Shown here: in pieces, positions 55,346 through 64,000 of the stretch
How positions within the stretch are numbered: position 1 is the stretch's first letter
Layout of the letters: the number at the start of each line of letters is the position of its first letter
NCBI RefSeq assembly: GCF_006345805.1
Contig: NC_043000.1
Span: 137,206,001 to 137,270,000, forward strand
Length of the DNA: 64,000 nucleotides
Direction of reading: 5' to 3'
Origin: Octopus sinensis
Lineage: Eukaryota
Position numbers and translations under genes: made by a program
The notes under the pieces: generated by a model
Seen by the model: only the letters and a program-made list of their open reading frames with translations
Databases searched by the model: none
Told to the model about the DNA's origin: nothing

Positions 55346-55928
55346 TATTGTATGTATGTATGTATGTATGTATATATGTATGAAATATGTATGTAAGTGT
55401 ATACATACATAGACAGACATACATACAACTCTTCACCACTTCCTTCTTTTCTCTCTCCGAATCCACAATGTACAGACGTAATGCGTACACCTGTTCTAAC
55501 AGGCAGTGATGGCTACAAGTATTCTACAGTGCAGTAGACAGCAACGAAACGAAACACTTTTAACACGCCTGTAAATTAATACTTATTGAGCCCAACCCAC
55601 GCACACACATTCGCGCGCTTCATGGTCTGTTCTCACATGTCCAAATGATATTCCTCGTATCTGAGTAAAACAGTTATTTAGTATAGGTTGTTCGGCGCTC
55701 TTAGTGTATGTGAAGATACAGCTGTCGTGTCGCGGGAATGAAGAAGCAAGCTGAGGCTAACAATGGAAAATATTGAAAGTACTATCATTAGATAATGAGA
55801 ACGCACGTAAATTTTAGAGAACATTTAAGAAAATAACAATATAATTTTGGAAATGGGTCAGAAGATAGTTCAAGATTATGTGGGCGGTTGAGCTAACACT
55901 CAAGTTTCTTTAAATATGAACACGGAAG

Positions 55929-55931
<3 letters not shown>

Positions 55932-56001
<70 letters not shown>

Positions 56002-56024
56002 ACTTATATATATATATATATATA

Positions 56025-56064
<40 letters not shown>

Positions 56065-56090
56065 ACATTTGGATGCATAACATTTGGATA

Positions 56091-56168
<78 letters not shown>
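55932..56168. repeat. (TA)n/(TG)n microsatellite
   Basis: Seen directly. Confidence 0.9.
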
Positions 56169-56169
<1 letters not shown>

Positions 56170-58059
56170 CATTTGGATGCATTGGTGTTGAAAGTTTTTG
56201 GATTTTAATTTAAATTACGTTCATGTTGTTCTATTGTTACTTTGTGTAAATATTTTATAAAACGTAACACAATGGTGATACTGTAAGAAATGTAATTAAA
56301 TATATTTGAAGGAGAAACAATTGTTTCGTATCGCTTGGTGCACGAGTTACCGATTGTAAATAATTGCAGGCCATCATATGATAGTATAAGCAAGACATAA
56401 TAACATGACACAGATTTTGCAATGATACTATTTGTGAGAAACTATGGAGTTCCAAGGTAATTTGGAAATCAGTAGAGGACAGAATGCAATATATTGGGCG
56501 ATTTACACCATTTATCAGCGTCGCGTTTATTGTTTTGTATTCAGAACTATTTATCTTCATGCTTATATTTCACTTGATTTTGCTGTTGTTGATTAGTCCC
56601 AAATAAGCTATGACTGAAGCAGACAAGGTTCTCCAACTTCGGCCTTCGGCTATCTCTCTCACGCTTATTTTCTGTTTTTTTTTTTTTTGTTGTTTTTTTT
56701 CTGGCGTAGTATATTGAAAAGTACAATGTTTGCCGTTTTGTGAAAGTTGGCAGGGTATCGTTTGAGGAAAATTTGGCACCTATTTCTAGCAGATCGAGCG
56801 ATGACAGAGAAGTCTCTGCAATTTGTTTTTGTGTATTAATATCTGTGCAAGCACTATGAAATAGCGATAATATGCTAGGTCGGTAATGAAAGTTCATCTT
56901 TTTTACTTTACTTAATATACTGTCAGAATGATTTAGATACCTCTGATGAGAGCCCAATAAGGTTAAAAAATCAATTAAGGGTGTTCATCACATCATTTCC
57001 AACGGTGGTGCCCCAGCATTGCCGCAGCTTTCGGGCCGAAACATTTTAAAGGATTTATACTAAAAATTTAAATCACTCATGAATACGAAACTTTCAGTAC
57101 TAGTCCAACAATCTGAGACGAGTCACATGATTATTCCGTATCCAGGGCGTTGGTAACCAGCCGATGCAATGGAACAGAAGTCAACCAATTATCAGAGACA
57201 TTAAGTGTTGAGATCCCGCTGCCATCGTTACGTTGTGTTCGTAGCAAGTACACTTAACTTTCAAAATAGCCCTCGTCTTATAGCCACAAATGACGTCAGC
57301 CGGTTATTGGCAACATTGTAAAACAAACGAACATTTTAACAACCTACAGAACTGTGCTCAAATGTTCCTATCTACTGCTTGGAGAGATGGGGTACATATA
57401 ACACTTATTTGTCTTAGATTCCCTGCAGGAATACGCAGGCTTCATTGGTTTCCATATAACCCAATGGGAAACAAGATTCATACCGTTTCTATTGAATTAT
57501 CGCTTTTAATTATGTGTTTAATATTATGTGTATCGCAAGACAGATTATTTAAATGTTTATTCAGTTTACTTCCGGTACGAATCAATTACTTAATTGATGT
57601 CCCTTGGGACGAAAATAGTTAATCGATGGCGTTTGAAATCGATCTTAATAGATCTCAACCTTTCTTGGAGTTAAGCCAAGGAAGATAAACATATTACTCT
57701 TACTGCTTCATGAAGTGGAATAATAGGAAGACGGTTAAAAAAAGAAAGAAAGAAAGAATGAATGAAAGAAGATAGGTGTCATTACTGTCTCTGGTGCATT
57801 TACACCTTCTTAGTTTATCAAAAACACCGAACGGAATCTTAGCAAGTGAATCAGCTTCGTTGGAGATAAGGCTTTTTTAGACTGTAAATAGATATTTAAT
57901 GTCAATGTGTATATGTATATATTTACGTATATATTTGTGTGTTTAAATTATATATCTAATACGTATATAAATAATAGATGTATATGTGTGTGAGTTTAAA
58001 ATTTTGAGTATATATAATATGTACACACACACACGTACATACACACATAATACGTATAT

Positions 58060-58090
<31 letters not shown>

Positions 58091-58124
58091 GCATACACAT
58101 ATCTACCTACCTACTTACCTACAT

Positions 58125-58417
58125 ACTGTTGTTTGGAAGAGACTAGAAAAGTATGTTCCGTCATGGAAGTCAGTTGCCCTACTGATGTGAATATCTGTTC
58201 AAAAATCAAACAGAAAGAAGATATCTAGGGACAAATGATTAGAAACTCCCAGTTTCTTTATCCAGATTATGAATTCACATTTATACCAATGATTATTGGT
58301 GCATTCGTTTTATCAATAAATACCTAAGTGACAATCTGGCTAATCTAGGGTTTTCTGTAAAAGAAATCAACCACCACAAATGTACATGAGACATAAAATC
58401 TGTATGTGGAACAGTGG

Positions 58418-58420
<3 letters not shown>
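58125..58420 (+). mobile_element. Restriction-like-endonuclease LINE fragment, different R4-like family
   Basis: RKVCSVMEVSCPTDVNICSKIKQKEDI...FLYPDYEFTFIPMIIGA...LANLGF...SVCGTVEI. Confidence 0.65.
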
Positions 58421-58463
<43 letters not shown>

Positions 58464-58491
58464 TATATATATATAATATATATATATATAT

Positions 58492-59225
58492 TCTTTTATT
58501 TGTTTCAATCATTTGACGGCGGTCATACTGGAGTACCACCTTTTAGACGAAGAAATCGACCCCAGGACCTATTCTTTGTAAACCTAGTACTTATTCTATC
58601 GGTCTCTTTGGCCGAACCGCTAATGTTACGGGGATGTAAACCTACCAGCATCGGTTGTCAAGCGATGGCGGAGGGACAATCACAGATACACAAACATCTA
58701 TCTATCTATAAGACAGGCTTCTTTCAGGTTCCGTCTATGAAATCCACTCACAAGGCTTTGGTCAGCCCGAGGCTATAGTAGAAGATACTTGCCCAAGGTG
58801 CCACGTAGTGGGACTGAACCCGGAACCTTGTGGTTGGTAAGCAAGCTACTTTCCACACAGCTACTCCCGTATATATAATTTCGATTCATTATATAAACAA
58901 TTTAGCCCTAAAGTGATCTTTCACTTGTTTTACCCACTGAGCCTCGGCCATGCTAAGGTACAGCCTCAAAGGACTTTAGTCGAAGAAATCGACTAAAGTA
59001 TTTATTTTATCGGTTGTTTTGTCGAACCACTAAGTTACGGGAACGTAATCATTCCAATATTGGTTGTCAAGCGGTGGCGCAGTCAAGTTCCCTCTACTAA
59101 ATCCATTGACAATGCTTTGGGCAGCCTTTGAATATAGAAGACAGCTACCCAAGGTGACACACAGTGGAACTGAACCAGAAACCGCGTGGTCGGGAAGTAA
59201 AATTCTTACCACTCAGGCACACCTG
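58492..59225 (-). mobile_element. Two tandem family-C SINEs (58492-58870; older 58920-59225)
   Basis: Match the C consensus. Confidence 0.75.
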
Positions 59226-60324
59226 CAGTTAGAAATTCCTAGACTAGGCTGAGATTCGAACTTACACGAGGAAACCACAACTTATTAGGTGTTCATTGCC
59301 TTAACCACTCGGCCTCACACACACAGAGAACTTCTGTAGTAAAATAGTTTTCTTTTAGTTATTTGTTTATTTGTTCTACCATTACTCTGAAATGGTGCAG
59401 TTTTGACTTTTTGCTATGACTAATACAAATTCGATATTTCCGAAGTCATACAATTTTTGAACCGCAAAACATCAGCTTGTTTTATCTAATCCTAATACTT
59501 AATTCCAAATATTTTTATTAGATTTTACAAAATAGCATGAATAGGAAACTATGACTACAGGACTATATCAATTCGATTCAGATTCGACTCAAATGAAATT
59601 TCCTTATTAATTTATAGCTTAAATTTTTCAATGGTCATCTCTAGGACACAGAATGTCTTCTAATCAGCAATTTACTACTGCCTGCGTTTTCATTTGTATG
59701 ACTTTGTCAGAGTAGGAAGGGCGGCAATGGCAAGATCTTTTTTTAAGGCCACTGAGAGTGATTGTAGGAAGGGAGGATGCTCTCAGATACTTGGCTCGAG
59801 TATTTGCAATAAAGGGAACTAAAGATACCTAAAGACCAGCAGGGAAAGTTTAGACCGATCGATAAATTAAATCTACAACACAAGAATAGGAACAATCCAT
59901 CCAACGGCTTACATACAAGCTGCTATGATAAAGCTTACTTGCCCAGTGTGATATATAGTGAGAATGAGCCTGAAAGAACATAAATGCAAAGGGAATTTCG
60001 TTTTTGTGATAGTTTATAAAAATTCATGTTAAAACAATCGAGTGATTGATTTCGACTAGATTGAAAGACCACGTAGAGGATTTCGAGGAGTTACGAATTT
60101 TGGGGGTTATTAGCGAGAAGTAAACACATAGGGAAAAGGAAAATGATAAACAATTACGACGAAGAAGAGGAATTTCCTGATTTTTTACAAACTAAGTTCA
60201 CAAATTTTGACGTATCGATTAAATAGATTCTGCTATCTGGTACTAATCTCTGTTTTATTTTATCAACAGAAAGATGAAAGGCAAAGTTCATACCAGCTTA
60301 GTTTTTAATTAAAACTATAAAAGC

Positions 60325-60628
60325 GGAGGCGCAATGTCCCAGTGGCTAGGGCAGCAGACTCGCGGTCGGAGGATCGCGGTTTCAATTCCGAGACCGAGCG
60401 TTGTGTGTGTTTATTGAGCGAAAACACCTAAAGCTCCACGAGGCTCCGGCAGGGGTGGTGGCGACCCCTGTTGTACTCTTTCGCTCCAACTTTCTCTCAG
60501 TCTTTCTACCTGTTTCTTGAGTAACGCTGCGATGGACTGGCGTCCCGTCCAGCTGGGGGGAAACACATATGCCATAGAAACCGGGAACCCGGGCCCATGA
60601 GCCTAGCTAGGCTTGCAAAGGGCGCATA
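60325..60628 (+). mobile_element. Family-B SINE, tail type 2
   Basis: Same head and tail as 41267-41585. Confidence 0.85.
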
Positions 60629-61519
60629 AAAAAAATTATTAAGAGACGTGACTAAATACTGCGCAGAATTTTGTCTAGTACTCTGTTTCTTCTGTCCATT
60701 TGCCACCCTGAAAATATTGTATGACACAGCAAATATTCCATGCCACTGATTAAAGTAACATTTAGTATCCTTTTACCAGTACTGCATAGAGCTCATGGTT
60801 AAGATCCTTAGGGTACATAGCTCTATTGATAATGGGTTGTTACTCAGTTCTGTAAACATCATAAGTCCCTCTCAAGCAGTCGGCAAAGAACCAGCAATTA
60901 AAAAATGGAGTCTAATAACACTGAGGTTAATGAGATTGAGAAAAGAGGAAACTACCTAGTTCATTGGCTTTCAATTTACTTCCATGAAAAATGCAGAACG
61001 GCATCCTACTTAGCAAAAATAGATCTCTTATTCACTCAAGAAGACAGACACAAAATGAAGTAATGATGTTTTGCGATTTAAAAGTTGAATGACATCGGAA
61101 ATATTGAATTTGTGGATCATTATGAATCTGTAACTTAATGCGGGGAAAATACTGAATAAAGTGTTAAGTACACAATCTTATAATTTGAAAAATAGCGTGT
61201 GTGAGGATGATAGACAACAAGATGTATTGAATGGCTGTAGATGTGAGTTGTGTAACGTTAACGAGATTCAAGCAATTGAAACTATTGAAATATAGGTTTA
61301 CAAAATCGTCGGAGGACATTATTAACAATGTGATATGCAACTGCAGAATACTAATGAAGTAAGGTTTCGTCCTCAGTGGGACGATTCAATTTGATAAACA
61401 TCTTTGTGCTAACAAAGTTCTTGCGCATGGGAATTTTTAAACAATTCGACAGAAAACATCTTTGCATCAGCAGACAATTATTCAATTGATTTTTGATTTA
61501 ACATCTGTGAATTCAGTTG

Positions 61520-61562
61520 ATATATACGTATACATACCTACATATACATATACACATGTGTG

Positions 61563-61613
<51 letters not shown>

Positions 61614-61781
61614 GTGTATATATATATACACATATGTGTATATATATATATACACACATATATATATATATATATACATATATACACACACATATATATA
61701 TACATACATACACATATATATGTATATATGATTATATAGACATATATATACATACATATATATATGTATATATATATATAT
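61520..61781. repeat. Compound TA/CA microsatellite
   Basis: Seen directly. Confidence 0.9.
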
Positions 61782-61939
61782 GATTACACTTTTTTATCCT
61801 AGGGGAGGCACTGCGAGCAACAAACACAGGAACACCACAAAATCCACAGATAGACCAAACACATACAAATCTTCATATACTCATTTATATCTATTTAGAA
61901 TTTTAAAAAGTTTGTAATATATAAATATATAATATAAAA

Positions 61940-62455
61940 AAAAATAAGGGTGAAAAAATTGGATATTAATTTAATAATACCATCAATTTAATACCAAGTG
62001 GTTTAGCGCATAAAAACCAGGGATACAGTAAAAATTAATACACAAATTTAAGAGAGTGTCCACTATGTCGTCGACTCTTGCGCTAAAAATAGATCCGCTA
62101 TGGTCTCAACGACCAAGAATTGTTTCCAAGGAGAATTAGCACAACTATGAACGTAAACGAGCAGGACAAATGAAAAATAACAAAAATGTAGATTAATTCT
62201 AGTCAATTGTTTCGCTATTAATGGATTATGCAATTTCACTTACATAATATATCTGTATCTCTTCAGTAGAATTTGTCTTGAATACAATTTACTGAACCCC
62301 ACGCCAGATTTTAACATAACGTCAAACACACGTGTGGTTCAGTCAATTATATTCGCAGTATCCCTGGTTTTTATGCGCTAAACCACTTGGTATTAAATTG
62401 ATGATATTATTAAATTAATATGCAATTTTTTCACCCTTATTTTTGATTTTAATTA
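61940..62455. mobile_element. PLE-related element with 87-bp inverted arms (61940-62026 / 62358-62444) enclosing a decayed HHR
   Basis: Arms differ at 2 positions; arm end resembles that of the 21.7-kb element; AT/TA-rich left flank. Confidence 0.65.
62196..62272 (-). ncRNA. Degenerate type I hammerhead
   Basis: Minus strand: ATTCTA-CTGAAGA-long stem II (ATTATGTAA/TTGCATAAT)-GAAA-C-AATT-G-AC-TAGAAT; triplet reads GAC instead of GTC. Confidence 0.55.
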
Positions 62456-62469
62456 TACTGCAGTAATTT

Positions 62470-63230
62470 TTTATGCAGTATTTGTTTCCGGAGATTTTGG
62501 CGCGCTATAACGAGGGCATTCGAATCATAACATATGTCGGACAAATTGGAATTGGCATGAGAGCAGAGCAGGTCCAAAAAAGTTGCTCTATTGGGGAGAG
62601 CTAGGATTTTGAGATTGCTGCTTAGTTGCTAAGTGTCTACCACGATAGGTTTACGTCCAGATATCGAAACTTATAATTTGCAGGGAGAGACCCTATGCCA
62701 CCCCAGACAACAGGTTGGTATCCGTTCTCACAGAATCAACCAAAGCCAGTAAGACTGAGATCTCTGAGAAGTAAAATAATAGTAATACCCGAAAGATTGA
62801 AAAACAATGATATCCACGACAGATTTTAAGCTCAGGACATAAAGATTCGGAGGAAATATTTCAAGTAATTTTTTCGATGATGTAATGATTCTGCCGGTTG
62901 GCCGCCCTGAATAATTTCTAGGAGAACCAAAAGCCAGAAATTTGTAAAGAAAATGTTTTGTCCATGAACTCAAATCAGATACTTTAATCTGGATGGAAGA
63001 GAAACAAAGTGATCCAGAAGATATGAACTTAGAACTTAGAACCGCATATGTTTCGGTCATTGTCCATTCTCTTCTGCGACATAGAGTCTTTGCTGAGCTT
63101 GCCAAAGGAGCAATGTATGAATCATTCAATGACTCTACATTCTTGTAGATTTCAATTATTTAGAATTTGAATAATTTTATAGAGATCATCCACATAAAAA
63201 GCTTTGCTAAGAGCAGAAACAATTCGCGTT
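62470..63230 (-). pseudogene. Probable BEL/Pao LTR-retrotransposon pol relic (RT to RNase H)
   Basis: Minus-strand remnants in the expected order: AFYVDDL, WTKHFLYKFLAF (TKR-type motif), ISKS*LSPIEQL (SKSRxAP-type motif). Confidence 0.45.
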
Positions 63231-63426
63231 CCAAACTTTAAGAAAAGAAGTCTAGATGCTGTTTAACAGTTCAATGGCTCAATTATGCGTTACTCTGCGA
63301 TGTGATCTCTAATTTATGCATTGCTCAGCCGATAAGTAAACATTGGTACAACTTTCATTGTATACATGCCAAGAGTTAACAAGATAATATGAAAAGAATG
63401 TATATTGTATTTAATACATATAACAT

Positions 63427-63652
63427 TATTTCTTTACTGCCCACAAGGAGCTAAACATAGAGGGGACAAACAAGAACAGACAAACGGATTAAGTCAATTA
63501 TATCGATCCCAGTGCGTAACTGGTACTTTATTTATCGACCCTGAAAGGATGAAAGGCAAAGTCGACCTCGACCTGAATTTGAACTCAGAACGTAACGGCA
63601 GACATAACAGCATTTCGCCCGGCGTGCTAACGCTTCTGCCAGCTCGCCGCCT
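63427..63652 (-). mobile_element. Family-A SINE, full length
   Basis: TSD TTTAATACATATAACAT. Confidence 0.85.
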
Positions 63653-64000
63653 TTTAATACATATAACATATGAAGATATAATCATGATTGATGTGATTCT
63701 TTTTCTCTATCTCTCACGCCTGGAGTTTGACGATATGAACAATCTTAGGGAATGCTGTGATATGCATGCGAATTCTCGGTCACTGTGACTCTGGTTGCAA
63801 TTCGTTTTTTTTTACTCAACTACTCATTTTATCCCCATGATATTATCAAACATCTACCACCATAAAATACAGTTCGAAAAGTTTTCGCGACTGTATCAAT
63901 TTCGATACTTTAGTCTTGTATATTATCGTAATGTACAATATTGCTAAGCATCATATATTTTTTTTTTGTGTCGTCCTAAATAATTAGGTATAGTAGCCGT

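Noticed and set aside
60920-61460. Possible hAT transposase relic
   Set aside because: Only faint motif similarity with many stops; needs tBLASTn or HMM.

Overview
AT-rich, repeat-saturated eukaryotic non-coding DNA with no convincing host-gene exon. The tRNA-derived SINE families and the (TA)n/(TCTA)n/(TAA)n load match what I recognise from Octopus genomes; that organism call is an inference. Contents: dozens of SINEs from three main groups, R4/Dong-type LINE 3' fragments in (TAA)n, a decayed mariner, a hAT MITE, two Merlin-like MITEs, a non-autonomous Helitron and a probable BEL/Pao relic. The most interesting signal is four Penelope-like (PLE)-type elements in or beside TA-rich tracts, each carrying a hammerhead ribozyme (HHR) motif with a tiny palindromic stem III; three are fold-backs. 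(1) A 2.46-kb near-perfect palindrome (21661-24123) with a GIY-YIG endonuclease domain and a canonical HHR in each arm. (2) A 296-bp hairpin with a G3-C8 core-swapped HHR. (3) A ~500-bp inverted-arm element with a decayed HHR. (4) A ~230-bp element with a 35-nt U4C-variant HHR. Most ORF-track entries are microsatellite or SINE artefacts. All calls were made by eye; SINE and LINE boundaries are approximate.
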